Below the pieces are notes generated by a model. That model was given only the letters and a program-made list of their open reading frames with translations. It was not told the origin of the DNA and made no database searches. Positions 27,671-37,440 of a DNA stretch of 64,000 nt are shown here, piece by piece. How positions within the stretch are numbered: position 1 is the first letter of the stretch; the number at the start of each line of letters is the position of its first letter. The stretch is from a virus: positions 1 to 64,000 of the IMG/VR virus record IMGVR_UViG_3300020403_002374; one strand, given 5' to 3'. The translations under genes were made by a program, and so were the position numbers.

Positions 27671-28419
27671 ACATATCCATGCCAGTTTATAACACCGATG
27701 TGCCGTGGCTAGAAGAAGCGATTGAAAGCATCAGAAATCAAACATATAAAGATTGGAAACTTTTTATTGTAAACGATTGTAGCACAAACAAAGAGACAAT
27801 CGACTTTATCAATTCTATTAAAGATTCAAACATCAAAACTGTTACAACTAATGAGAATCTAGGTTGTGACCGAGCTAGACTATTTGTTAGAAACTTCCTA
27901 GACGAAGACTGTGAACTTGTCGCATCTATGGATGGTGATGACATAATGTTCCCAACAAGATTAGAAGAACAAGTTAATTTTTTGAATAGAAATGAAGATG
28001 TGGGAATATTGGGGGGACAAATGCAGCTATTTGTTGACCGTTCACTACCCTTCACTGATATGCGACTTCCAATAATCGACCCATTAACTTCGCATCCTTA
28101 TAATGTCAACGACTATATCCTATCAAGCGATTGGGTCATAAACAATCCCTCAACAATGATAAGACGCTCCATAGTAGATGATTTTAATATTGATTTAATA
28201 AAAAAAATCCAAGACGAACTAGGTTTAAGAAGAAATGTCTATGGGGACGTAATTTTTTACGGTATCAATGCAGTAAAAGGTGTGAAGATTAGAAATTTAT
28301 CAGACATTGTTATTTTTTATCGAGTGAGTAGACACAATCTTTCTTCTAAAAATTGGTATGGAAACATTGATATGCATAAGCAGTTAAGAAAGGTACTACT
28401 GTCATATTATGTTGGTTAA
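27661..28419 (+). CDS. Glycosyltransferase family 2
   Basis: MPVYN, VNDCS, NLG, MDGDD. Confidence 0.9.
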   Translation: MFVNISMPVYNTDVPWLEEAIESIRNQTYKDWKLFIVNDCSTNKETIDFINSIKDSNIKTVTTNENLGCDRARLFVRNFLDEDCELVASMDGDDIMFPTRLEEQVNFLNRNEDVGILGGQMQLFVDRSLPFTDMRLPIIDPLTSHPYNVNDYILSSDWVINNPSTMIRRSIVDDFNIDLIKKIQDELGLRRNVYGDVIFYGINAVKGVKIRNLSDIVIFYRVSRHNLSSKNWYGNIDMHKQLRKVLLSYYVG

Positions 28420-29017
28420 TAGAAAAAGAAAAATGATTTTGGTTCGTATTCCTAAAACCGCCTCTACGTCCATTAATGACGCACTAATTGAATCTGATGA
28501 GAATTGGAAATATATTGAGGTGTCGAAAGATTGGCATGTCAGTAGTAAAATCCTAAAAGACTTTGATGAATTTTCTGATTATGAATTAATTGCCGTCTCA
28601 AGAAATCCTTGGGATAGACTGGTTTCTCTTTTTTGTTTCTACTTCAAAAGAACCTCAGATATAATTCGAGATCCAGAATCTGTAAGACTAGAGGATCATG
28701 AAAAATGTTGGGCTTATGAGTGGGCTAGAAAGTTAAATATTGAAATTATAACGAAAGGATTTCATAATTTTATAAAAGATAACAAAGACACATCCTTAAA
28801 TAGTTATGACTTTTGGGTTGACGAATCTCACCCCGGAGGTGTAAAGTGGTTCCGTTTTGAACAAATATGTGACCTAGAACAATATCTAGACATAAAACTT
28901 ACAGTAAAAAACAAATCAAATCACCTGCACTACTCCCACTATTATGACGATGAGACAAAAGAGATCGTTAGGATAAGATACGAAAAAGACATAACGAGGT
29001 TTGGCTACGAATTTTAA
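28409..29017 (+). CDS. Sulfotransferase (Sulfotransfer_2-like)
   Basis: RIPKTASTS (5'-PSB), RNPWDRLVS (3'-PB), YEKDITRFGY. Confidence 0.85.
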   Translation: MLVNRKRKMILVRIPKTASTSINDALIESDENWKYIEVSKDWHVSSKILKDFDEFSDYELIAVSRNPWDRLVSLFCFYFKRTSDIIRDPESVRLEDHEKCWAYEWARKLNIEIITKGFHNFIKDNKDTSLNSYDFWVDESHPGGVKWFRFEQICDLEQYLDIKLTVKNKSNHLHYSHYYDDETKEIVRIRYEKDITRFGYEF

Positions 29018-29044
29018 AAGTTTGGCATAATTCACAAAAACCCC

Positions 29045-29073
29045 TTGCAAAATAGTCTTCCGTAGACTATAAT
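29045..29073 (+). promoter_or_regulatory. Sigma70-type promoter, GACTATAATA class
   Basis: TTGCAA-17-TATAAT; shares CGTAGACTATAATAG with the nrdA promoter. Confidence 0.85.
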
Positions 29074-29076
29074 AGG

Positions 29077-29136
29077 GTAGACGCAATTCAACGGATTTGG
29101 CGTATTATACGCCTTCAACTTCCCTTTGCGTTTTAC
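29077..29136 (+). promoter_or_regulatory. Structured 5' leader / operator of the polymerase gene
   Basis: GGCGTAT-T-ATACGCC inverted repeat (29099-29113) inside an outer stem GTAGACGCAA/TTGCGTTTTAC. Confidence 0.5.
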
Positions 29137-29164
29137 ATTGACTAACTAATATTGAAAGACGGCT

Positions 29165-30790
29165 ATGAATTGGTTTCCACTACTGAACTATACTCACTAT
29201 TCACTACAATACGGCTTTTCAAAGCCAAATGAGCTTGCTAAAAAATGCAAGCAAAACTCTTACCCTGCATGTGGTATTGCTGACTATAAAACAATCAGCG
29301 GTGCTGTATCTTTCTATAAAGCCTGCATCAACAATGATATTAAACCTATCATTGGCTGTTCTTTCGATGGCTTTACTCTTTTTGCCAAAAACCATGCGGG
29401 GTGGTTGAACCTCATCGAGATTGTCTCTACAATTGATGCAGATGGTAATGAGGACAGGGGAACGATTATAAAATTAGCGAGACAAGGCAATCTGATCTGT
29501 ATTGCAAAGTCTGAGGCTTTGTCTCCGGTTTCCGGTGATGATTTTTACATCTGGTCTGAGGCTTTTACAAAAAGCAATTACGTAAATAAAGACCAAGCAG
29601 ATTTACATAGAATTGTGCTTTGTGGAAAACTAAAAACGACCTTTCATAAAGTTAAAAAGAACGGACCACCCGAAGAATTAGCTCCATACTTTGAATCTAG
29701 TGAGTTCTATATTAAAGATAAGTCAGAGTCTGCTAAACTAATTGTTGATGACCCACGTATGGATGATTTCGATTCTATATTTAAAAAGGTAGAAAACTAT
29801 AATATTCTCAGCAAACCGATGCTGCCCAGATTTGATATCCCAAGTAAATTTTCTAGTGAAGGTGACTATCTACGTCATCTTGCTAGGCAGGGTTGGATGA
29901 AACTACTCAATGACAAAATTCAAAGCGAAGAGCAGCGTAAGGTGTACGGTGACAGATTCAATAAAGAGTTTTCGGTTATTGAAAAAGCAGATCTGTTCGG
30001 TTACTTCCTAATCGTCTGGGATATTTTAAATTGGTGTCGGGAGCAGGGTTGGATGGTGGGTCCGGGTCGTGGATCTGCTGCTGGTTGCCTAATCTCTTAC
30101 CTAGTTGGTATCACAGAGATTGACCCCATTGAGTTCGATCTGTTGTTTGAACGATTCTACAATGAGGGTCGTAACACAGAAGATCACATCTCTTTGCCCG
30201 ATGTTGACATGGATGTTCCGGGTAAGAAGCGAGATGAAATAATTACTAGACTAAAGGAAAAGTACGGGTCTGATAATGTTAGTCAAATGCTTACATTTGG
30301 TAGACTGCAAGGGCGAAGTGCGATGAAAGAGGTGCTTCGTGTAAACGATGCCTGTGGCTTTGCCGAAATGAACGAGATCACAAAGTACATTCCAGACGAA
30401 GCTGCTATCTCTGACCAACTTGCAGAGATGGACGAAGAAGACCGCTCTATTATTCGTTGGGCACTAATTAATCGTTCCGACGACCTGATGGACTATTGTC
30501 ACCTAAATGATAATGGAAGTCTTGAAGGTGATTTTGCAGAATACTTCCAACAAGCTATTGATATTGAAGGTACATTTAAAACACAGGGTAAACACGCTGC
30601 TGGTGTTGTTATATCCGCTGAACCACTATTTAGAGTTTGTCCTATGGTAAACCCAAAGAGTGGTGATGAAAAGATCGCGGGACTAGAAATGAACGACCTA
30701 GAAGCACTAGGACATGTTAAGTTTGATCTTTTAGGGTTGAACTTATTGGATAAATTAATGCATATTAAGGAGCTTATTAATGAATCGTGA
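29165..30790 (+). CDS. dnaE: DNA polymerase III alpha, N-terminal subunit (degenerate PHP, palm, thumb)
   Basis: GYFLIVWD, GPGRGSAAG, LLFERF, PDVDMD, GKHAAGVVI, VKFDLLG; ends just after the last palm Asp. Confidence 0.93.
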   Translation: MNWFPLLNYTHYSLQYGFSKPNELAKKCKQNSYPACGIADYKTISGAVSFYKACINNDIKPIIGCSFDGFTLFAKNHAGWLNLIEIVSTIDADGNEDRGTIIKLARQGNLICIAKSEALSPVSGDDFYIWSEAFTKSNYVNKDQADLHRIVLCGKLKTTFHKVKKNGPPEELAPYFESSEFYIKDKSESAKLIVDDPRMDDFDSIFKKVENYNILSKPMLPRFDIPSKFSSEGDYLRHLARQGWMKLLNDKIQSEEQRKVYGDRFNKEFSVIEKADLFGYFLIVWDILNWCREQGWMVGPGRGSAAGCLISYLVGITEIDPIEFDLLFERFYNEGRNTEDHISLPDVDMDVPGKKRDEIITRLKEKYGSDNVSQMLTFGRLQGRSAMKEVLRVNDACGFAEMNEITKYIPDEAAISDQLAEMDEEDRSIIRWALINRSDDLMDYCHLNDNGSLEGDFAEYFQQAIDIEGTFKTQGKHAAGVVISAEPLFRVCPMVNPKSGDEKIAGLEMNDLEALGHVKFDLLGLNLLDKLMHIKELINES

Positions 30791-31454
30791 CATTATTGTA
30801 TTTGACTTTGAAACTGGTGGACGCAATCCGCATAGGTGTCAGCCTACACAGATTGCTGCTATCGCACTTGACGGTAGGAACTTTAGACTCAAGGGACAAT
30901 TCAATAGTCTCATGCGTCCCATTATCGACGACGAGAAAGCAATTAAAGCTGGCGTTGACCCGCTAGAAGAAGGTGCTTTGAAAGTTACAGGTCAGACCAG
31001 AGAGAAGCTGGCTAAAGCACCACTTCCAAAGGGTGTATGGAAAAAGTTCTGTGCGTTTGTAGACAAATATAACTGGAAAGGCACATCTTACTTTGCACCT
31101 ATTCCATGTGGGTTTAATATTCTTGGTTACGATATGCACATTGTGAATAGGTTGTGCGAACAGTACGGACCCTATGACGATAAGCGTAAATGTCAAAAGT
31201 TATTTCATCAAATCTACAAGATAGACGTGATGGATGATGTATGGTTATGGACGGAGGGTGATCCAAATGTTAAGTCTATTAGTATGGATAGCTTGCGAGA
31301 AAGAATGGGACTGTCCAGTGAGAACGCTCACGATGCTCTCCAAGACGTTAAGGATACAGCAAACATCTGGATCAAATTGCAAAAGTCCAGACGAGCAGTC
31401 TACAGAAACATGAAATTTGAAAAGGCATTTGCCGATGGCAAACTTTTTGTATAG
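30780..31454 (+). CDS. DEDDh 3'-5' exonuclease (epsilon-like proofreader)
   Basis: DFETGG, GFNILGYD, HDALQD. Confidence 0.9.
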   Translation: MNRDIIVFDFETGGRNPHRCQPTQIAAIALDGRNFRLKGQFNSLMRPIIDDEKAIKAGVDPLEEGALKVTGQTREKLAKAPLPKGVWKKFCAFVDKYNWKGTSYFAPIPCGFNILGYDMHIVNRLCEQYGPYDDKRKCQKLFHQIYKIDVMDDVWLWTEGDPNVKSISMDSLRERMGLSSENAHDALQDVKDTANIWIKLQKSRRAVYRNMKFEKAFADGKLFV

Positions 31455-31487
31455 TTTCGTTGTAAATACTTTTAAAGGAGGATTTTA

Positions 31488-32198
31488 ATGGGTGTTTATC
31501 AATGGGATCAGTTTGTTGATTATAAAGGCATCAAACTGTTAGACGGGCGAAGTACAATACCTCATTTACCAATAGAGTCTCACGATGATGAGTACGATAT
31601 GTTTATGAGTGTGCTAGAAAATGTTAAAAACGATAATCCGGTAATGATAGAGTGTGGCTCTTGGTGGGCGTTTTGGTCACTAGCTTTCAGAAAAAAGTTT
31701 CCTGCTGGCAGAAACATTTTGATCGAGTTGGGCAAGCGTCAAATTTCTATGGGAAGAAAGAACTTCGCACTAAACGGTCTTGATGCATCTCACTACTGGG
31801 GAGGTTTTTACATTAACGATTCTAATGTATACGAACCTACGGTAAGAGAAAGTAACTACAACTATGACGATCATGGTGGTTATTGGGATACGACCCTATC
31901 TGGTCAAATGACCGGCCCAGAAATTAACTTTACAGACGTTTACGAGATTGAGGGGCTAGATGAAATTGATATGCTGCACATGGATATTCAAGGCAGCGAA
32001 TATAAATTAATTGTTGATTTGTATAACAATAATCGAGATGTTTTAGATAAGATTCAGAATGTTGTTATTGCTACTCATCACCCAGTTGCACAGCAAGAAT
32101 TAATTAGAATCCTTATGAGCAACGGAATGAGACTATTGAGAAATGAGCCATTCGGGAGTGTGGGTGGCGATGGAATGATCGCTTTAACTAGGAATTGA
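31488..32198 (+). CDS. FkbM-like SAM methyltransferase
   Basis: MIECGS, IDMLHMDIQGSE. Confidence 0.8.
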   Translation: MGVYQWDQFVDYKGIKLLDGRSTIPHLPIESHDDEYDMFMSVLENVKNDNPVMIECGSWWAFWSLAFRKKFPAGRNILIELGKRQISMGRKNFALNGLDASHYWGGFYINDSNVYEPTVRESNYNYDDHGGYWDTTLSGQMTGPEINFTDVYEIEGLDEIDMLHMDIQGSEYKLIVDLYNNNRDVLDKIQNVVIATHHPVAQQELIRILMSNGMRLLRNEPFGSVGGDGMIALTRN

Positions 32199-33769
32199 AT
32201 TATATGATTGAGAGAGATGACACAAAGGCTTGGGCTTTGTATAAGGATGGACTGACCAAGGGGTTGTTTCAGCTTGAGAGTAATCTTGGGCGAGCTTGGT
32301 CGAAGAGGGTTGCACCGGAGAGTATGGAAGAATTAGCGGCATTAATCGCTATCATCAGACCCGGAACGTTGAAGGCGGTTAGTGACGGAAAGTCTATGAC
32401 ACAAAGATTCGTAGACCGTAAACATAAGAGAGAAGATGTTGTATATCTTGACCCTAGTCTAGAAGAAATTCTAAAGACTACGCATGGCGTACTTGTATAC
32501 CAAGAGCAGGCTATGCTTATCGCGGTTAAAGCTGCGGGATTCAATGAAATGGAGGCAGACAACCTTCGTAAAGCTATTGGTAAAAAGAAAGCGTCTCTCA
32601 TGGCTGAGATTCGTGGACAATTTATTGAAGGCTGCAAAAAGATTGGACTTGTAGATCAAGACACTGCAAACCAGATTTTTGACTGGATTGAAAAATCATC
32701 TAGATACTCTTTCAATAAGTCTCATGCCGTAGCTTACGCAGTTAATTCGTACAACTCTGCTTGGTTCAAAGCTAATTACACCAAAGAGTTCTTCTTGTCG
32801 TACCTGTACTATGCGAATGAAAAGATGGACCCTCACCAAGAAATCTATGAGCTAGTAAACGAAGCTAAACTATTCGATATATTGGTAAAGACCCCTAAAC
32901 TAAGCAGGTTCTCTGAGAAGTTTGCCATCTTTGGTGATGATATCCAGTTTGGAGTTCGTGACGTTAAAGGTCTTACAGGTGTTACTGGTGAGAAAGTCTT
33001 AAAGGCTATTGGCGATTCAGCAGAAGAGTTGGGCAAGCCTGCCGACGAGTTTACTTGGATGGATGTACTTATCTACATCGCCCCCAAGATTACGTCTACG
33101 GCTTTCAAGGCACTCGCCGGTATTGGATTCTTCTCTACCAAATCAACTGGAGTGACTAGGAATCAAGCTCTTTACGAATACCTCATTTGGAGAGAACTAA
33201 CAAAAGCAGAAGTCAAGTGGGTAACAGAGAATTATCCTAAAAAGAAGTGGTCAAAACTACAGGATTGTTTCAGAGATCTGTCTCCCACCAAGAAAATGGG
33301 AGGTGGCTGTAGCAACGCTAATCGTAGTCAGATTGTACATGGTGAAATTGAGATGTTAGACAATCCACCATACGATATGGCTGATGAGCCACAGTGGGTT
33401 ATCGCAGAAGAGGTAAAACTCTTGGGTTGCCCTGTGTCATATCAGTACACAGATGCTATAGACGCATCAATCGCTAACACTACATGTCAAGAAGTAGCCA
33501 ACGGCAAGTTTGGCAAAGATATTTGCATTGTAGCAAATGTTCAACGTGTAGCTAATCATAAGATCAATAAAAAGAATAGCAAGCAGAAGGGTCGAACTAT
33601 GTCGTTTCTAACAATAGAAGATGCTACTTGCTCGCTTGACAATGTTATCATTTTTCCAGACGCCAGAGATAAGTACCAGTTTGTTTTATATGAAGGAGCG
33701 AACCTGATGCTTTGCGGCGAGATCGAGAAAGATAATTCGTTTATTGTTGACAAAATTCATGAAATCTAG
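32195..33769 (+). CDS. dnaE: DNA polymerase III alpha, C-terminal subunit (fingers, HhH, OB fold); TTG 32195 or ATG 32204 start
   Basis: GLFQLES, IRPG, THGVLVYQEQ, ADNLRKAIGKK, YSFNKSHAVAY, MSFLTIED. Confidence 0.93.
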   Translation: MNYMIERDDTKAWALYKDGLTKGLFQLESNLGRAWSKRVAPESMEELAALIAIIRPGTLKAVSDGKSMTQRFVDRKHKREDVVYLDPSLEEILKTTHGVLVYQEQAMLIAVKAAGFNEMEADNLRKAIGKKKASLMAEIRGQFIEGCKKIGLVDQDTANQIFDWIEKSSRYSFNKSHAVAYAVNSYNSAWFKANYTKEFFLSYLYYANEKMDPHQEIYELVNEAKLFDILVKTPKLSRFSEKFAIFGDDIQFGVRDVKGLTGVTGEKVLKAIGDSAEELGKPADEFTWMDVLIYIAPKITSTAFKALAGIGFFSTKSTGVTRNQALYEYLIWRELTKAEVKWVTENYPKKKWSKLQDCFRDLSPTKKMGGGCSNANRSQIVHGEIEMLDNPPYDMADEPQWVIAEEVKLLGCPVSYQYTDAIDASIANTTCQEVANGKFGKDICIVANVQRVANHKINKKNSKQKGRTMSFLTIEDATCSLDNVIIFPDARDKYQFVLYEGANLMLCGEIEKDNSFIVDKIHEI

Positions 33770-33798
33770 TTGCAAAAAATCGACTAGTGGACTATAAT
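33770..33798 (+). promoter_or_regulatory. Sigma70-type promoter, GACTATAATA class
   Basis: TTGCAA-17-TATAAT followed directly by AAGGAG. Confidence 0.8.
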
Positions 33799-33809
33799 AA
33801 GGAGTACAC

Positions 33810-34127
33810 ATGAACCATTGTATTTTTACAGGGTATCTATTGTTTGACCCAAGCGTGGGTTATGAATCAAATCCATCAGTTTGTGTTTTTAAGCTGGTAA
33901 CATACGAGTATACAAGAAACAGGCGTGGTGAAAAAAAGCGTTACCCAACGACTGTAACCTTCCAAGCCTTTGATAGTGGTGCAGATGCCATCGCTAAACT
34001 AGGAAAGAAGGGGATGAAAATGACCGTACACGCTTCAGCCAGAAACGGTGTTATGAAAACCGACTCTGCGGACGATATTATTTTTAGAGTTAATCAATTC
34101 GACTTTGGATGTTTGGACAAGGACTAA
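33810..34127 (+). CDS. ssb: Single-stranded DNA-binding protein (short OB fold)
   Basis: MNHCIFTGYL..DP, AF..GADAIAK..KKG pattern; lacks a long acidic tail. Confidence 0.7.
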   Translation: MNHCIFTGYLLFDPSVGYESNPSVCVFKLVTYEYTRNRRGEKKRYPTTVTFQAFDSGADAIAKLGKKGMKMTVHASARNGVMKTDSADDIIFRVNQFDFGCLDKD

Positions 34128-34128
34128 A

Positions 34129-35808
34129 ATGAGAAAGAAACGAATTCTGTTCTGTAGCGAAGCTACTTTCCTGAACACTGGATACGCGACCTATACTCGT
34201 GAGATTTTGAACTATCTTCACTCTACGGGTAAGTATGAGATTGCAGAGATGGGTGCGTATGGAGAAAGGAATGACTCAAGGGCTGCTAACATTCCTTGGA
34301 AGTATTATGGGGTAGCACCTAATACTACGTGTGAACCAAAAGCGACCAAAGAGGAATTAGATGCCTATGGAGCTAGTGGTACAAACCAATTTGGTGAATG
34401 GATTTTTGAACATGTTTGTTTAGATTTCATGCCAGACATTGTGTGTGACATTCGTGACTTTTGGATGCTTGACTTTGCAGAGCGTAGTCCTTTTCGTCAG
34501 TATTTTGATTGGGCCATTATGCCCACTGTAGATGCTCGACCACAAGCCAGACAGTGGGTATCTACTTACTCTGGAGCAGACGCATGTCTTACATATTCTG
34601 ATTGGGCAGGAGAAGTTCTAAAAAATCAAACTGGTGGTAAAATTAAGTATTGGGGATCGGCACCACCCTCTGCCCATCCAGCATATGCTCCAGTCGCAGA
34701 CAAGCGATCCCATAAATTATCTTGGGGTATAAATCCAGATCATAAGATTATCGGAACAGTTATGCGTAACCAGAGACGTAAACTGTACCCAGATTTGTTT
34801 GAGGCGTTCCGAAAGTTTTTAAATAACACAGGTAGAAACGATGTATTTCTTTATTGCCATACGTCCTACCCTGATCTTGGTTGGGACATCCCAGAGCTTC
34901 TGCTAGAAAATGATTTGTCTTCTAAGGTTTACTTTACATACATTTGTCCAGAAACAAAAAGACCATTCCCATCATTGTTTAAGGGGGCAGTGGCACAATC
35001 ACCATTTACTGGTAAGTGGGGTTCTACACTTTCTAATGTAAAGAATGGTGCATCATATGAAGATCTATCATCAATTCAAAACCTGTTTGACTTGTACACT
35101 CAATATGCAAACTGTGAAGGGTTTGGTCTGCCATATGTAGAAGCTGCGGCTTGCGGTGTTCCTGTGTGCGGCACTGATTATTCTGCTATGGAGAGCGAGA
35201 TTCGCAAGTTGCAAGGTCATCCAATCAAACCATCAGCACTATACAAAGAATTAGAAACTGGTTGTCTACGGGCAGTGCCGGATAATGATGCTGCGGCAAA
35301 ATACTTTGAAGATTTCTTCAATAAGTCTGATGAAGAACGTGCAGCAGAAGGTGAAAGAACCAGAAAGAATTTTGATAAACATTTTCAATGGCACCTGAGT
35401 GGATCAAAGTGGGAGGCTATTTTCGATTCTATGCAAATCAAAGATGTGCAACAGACTTGGGCTTCTCCACCTAAGATCCACCAACCAGCACCAAAGCCTG
35501 AAGGTATTGAAAACGCAGAACCATCTAAACAAGCACAATGGTTAATTGCAAATGTTCTTGGTGACACAAGTCGAATCAATACTTTCTACGAAAGAAGATT
35601 AATTAGAGATCTAACATATAAAAATGCTACTAGTTCCACTGGTGGTATGTATTTCAACGAATCTTCCGCTGCTTTTGAAGGTATGAACCAAAGGCATCCG
35701 TTTGACATCAACATAGCGTATGATAATCTAGCGGCACTTTGTAATCGGAGAAACAGTTGGGAACAAAAACGTGTAGACACAATGAAAGAAAGAGGTTTGA
35801 TGCAGTGA
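34129..35808 (+). CDS. Large GT4-type glycosyltransferase
   Basis: TGYA, RNQRRK, EGFGLPYVEAAACG. Confidence 0.9.
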   Translation: MRKKRILFCSEATFLNTGYATYTREILNYLHSTGKYEIAEMGAYGERNDSRAANIPWKYYGVAPNTTCEPKATKEELDAYGASGTNQFGEWIFEHVCLDFMPDIVCDIRDFWMLDFAERSPFRQYFDWAIMPTVDARPQARQWVSTYSGADACLTYSDWAGEVLKNQTGGKIKYWGSAPPSAHPAYAPVADKRSHKLSWGINPDHKIIGTVMRNQRRKLYPDLFEAFRKFLNNTGRNDVFLYCHTSYPDLGWDIPELLLENDLSSKVYFTYICPETKRPFPSLFKGAVAQSPFTGKWGSTLSNVKNGASYEDLSSIQNLFDLYTQYANCEGFGLPYVEAAACGVPVCGTDYSAMESEIRKLQGHPIKPSALYKELETGCLRAVPDNDAAAKYFEDFFNKSDEERAAEGERTRKNFDKHFQWHLSGSKWEAIFDSMQIKDVQQTWASPPKIHQPAPKPEGIENAEPSKQAQWLIANVLGDTSRINTFYERRLIRDLTYKNATSSTGGMYFNESSAAFEGMNQRHPFDINIAYDNLAALCNRRNSWEQKRVDTMKERGLMQ

Positions 35809-36812
35809 GAACAGTAATAGTAACAGGATGTGCAGGACTACTGGGTGCCCACTTTAGCCGACACCTTTTGAGTAAAGGTTATCGCGTTATTGGTATCGAC
35901 GATTTGAGTGGTGGTTATAGTGACTACCTCCCGAAGTCAGACGATTTTGAGTTCTGGCCCATTGATCTTTCTGAAAAGTCCACGGTAAAGTCACTCTCTT
36001 ATATCTTTTCAACTAATAAACCAGTAGCCTGTTTCCATTTTGCCGCCTATGCAGCGGAAGGATTGTCGCCCTTTATAAGGCACTATAACTATACAAATAA
36101 CATTTTATCAAGTGTTAATATTATTAATCAATGTATCGAGCATGATACGAAGATGATTTTTACATCTTCTATGGCTGTATACGGAGATCAAGATCCTCCG
36201 TTCACAGAAAATATGGGTCCAGCACCCATCGACCCCTACGGTGTTGCAAAGTATGCTACCGAACTCGACATCAAGATTGCTAACCAACAACACGGTCTTC
36301 AATACACTATTGTTAGGCCACACAATATCGTTGGTATTTATCAGAATATCTGGGACAAATACCGAAACGTTGCAGGTATTTTTATTCGTCGCGTGCTCGC
36401 TGGCGAGCCGATGTTGATTTATGGTGATGGAGAACAAACTCGTGCGTTCTCAGACGTTAAGTATTACATGGAACCATTTGAAACCTTGGTTGATAGATGT
36501 CACGGTTACACATTTAATCTGGGTGCAGACAAAGCATACACCATCAACGAGCTTGCAGACACAGTTCAACGTGTTGCTAAAAAGCATGACTACAAAGCAG
36601 AGAAGAAGCATGTAGAGGGTCGTCACGAAGCTAAACATGCACACTGCGACCATACATTGGCAAAAGATCCCAGAAACCTTGGTTTTTATGATGGTACAGA
36701 TCTTGATAAACTGATTGACGAAATGTTCCACTGGGCCATGCGTCAACCAGAACGAGAGCAAAAGAAGATGGACTATGAAGTAGAAAAAGGAATATATGAC
36801 TACTGGAAATAA
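35805..36812 (+). CDS. NAD-dependent NDP-sugar epimerase/dehydratase
   Basis: TGCAGLLG, TSSMAVYG, YGVAK, GDGEQTRAF; GTG start overlaps the upstream TGA. Confidence 0.92.
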   Translation: MRTVIVTGCAGLLGAHFSRHLLSKGYRVIGIDDLSGGYSDYLPKSDDFEFWPIDLSEKSTVKSLSYIFSTNKPVACFHFAAYAAEGLSPFIRHYNYTNNILSSVNIINQCIEHDTKMIFTSSMAVYGDQDPPFTENMGPAPIDPYGVAKYATELDIKIANQQHGLQYTIVRPHNIVGIYQNIWDKYRNVAGIFIRRVLAGEPMLIYGDGEQTRAFSDVKYYMEPFETLVDRCHGYTFNLGADKAYTINELADTVQRVAKKHDYKAEKKHVEGRHEAKHAHCDHTLAKDPRNLGFYDGTDLDKLIDEMFHWAMRQPEREQKKMDYEVEKGIYDYWK

Positions 36813-37440
36813 GTTTGGATTTTTGTTACTTCCGGGTCCACACCTCAACGAAGTAGATTTATCTAAAATTAAAAACTCAATTGTTATATTTATTTCAAGA
36901 GCTATAAAAGCATTTGATGAGGTTTGCCCTAGTAACGAAAAGTATTTTGCTTGTGGTGACTTGCACACGGTGAAGCAAATCCTACCAGATGTTCGCAAAG
37001 TAGATAAAGACAAAGTATACCTTGCGTCTTGTACATCACAAAAAGAATTTGACGGACATTGCGTGTGGAGTATGGATATGGAAAATAGACTAAGCGATGT
37101 TGGTCAGTTGTCCGTAGATATGTTAGATAATGACCCAATCCCTTGGGGCTATGGCTCTGTTAACGATATGGGTTTTCCACTAGCTTTAAGGTTGGGGCTA
37201 AAAACCATATTTCTAGCGGGTGCAAATCACGATACAGGAGGCCAGTTTTTTGATCCTAACTACAAAACAAGAGTAGGGCCAGATGCACAGGGTATTATTG
37301 ACGGTATAGGAAATTCATTTCATATTTACAGAGAATTCTTTGACCAACAAGGTGTTAAGGTTTATAATACTTGCACTTATAGTAAAGAGACAGCTTTTGA
37401 AAAGGTGAGTTTTGAAGAACTTAGCGATTATACCGGTTAG
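36796..37440 (+). CDS. Maf/DUF115-like (sialyltransferase-like) protein
   Basis: LLPGPHL (GPSL-like), LALRLGLKTIFLAGANH, VKVYN. Confidence 0.55.
   Translation: MTTGNKFGFLLLPGPHLNEVDLSKIKNSIVIFISRAIKAFDEVCPSNEKYFACGDLHTVKQILPDVRKVDKDKVYLASCTSQKEFDGHCVWSMDMENRLSDVGQLSVDMLDNDPIPWGYGSVNDMGFPLALRLGLKTIFLAGANHDTGGQFFDPNYKTRVGPDAQGIIDGIGNSFHIYREFFDQQGVKVYNTCTYSKETAFEKVSFEELSDYTG

Noticed and set aside
30700-32260. Split intein or group I intron joining the dnaE halves
   Set aside because: No intein terminal motifs. The intervening DNA is filled by two ordinary genes, with no room or conserved elements for an intron core.
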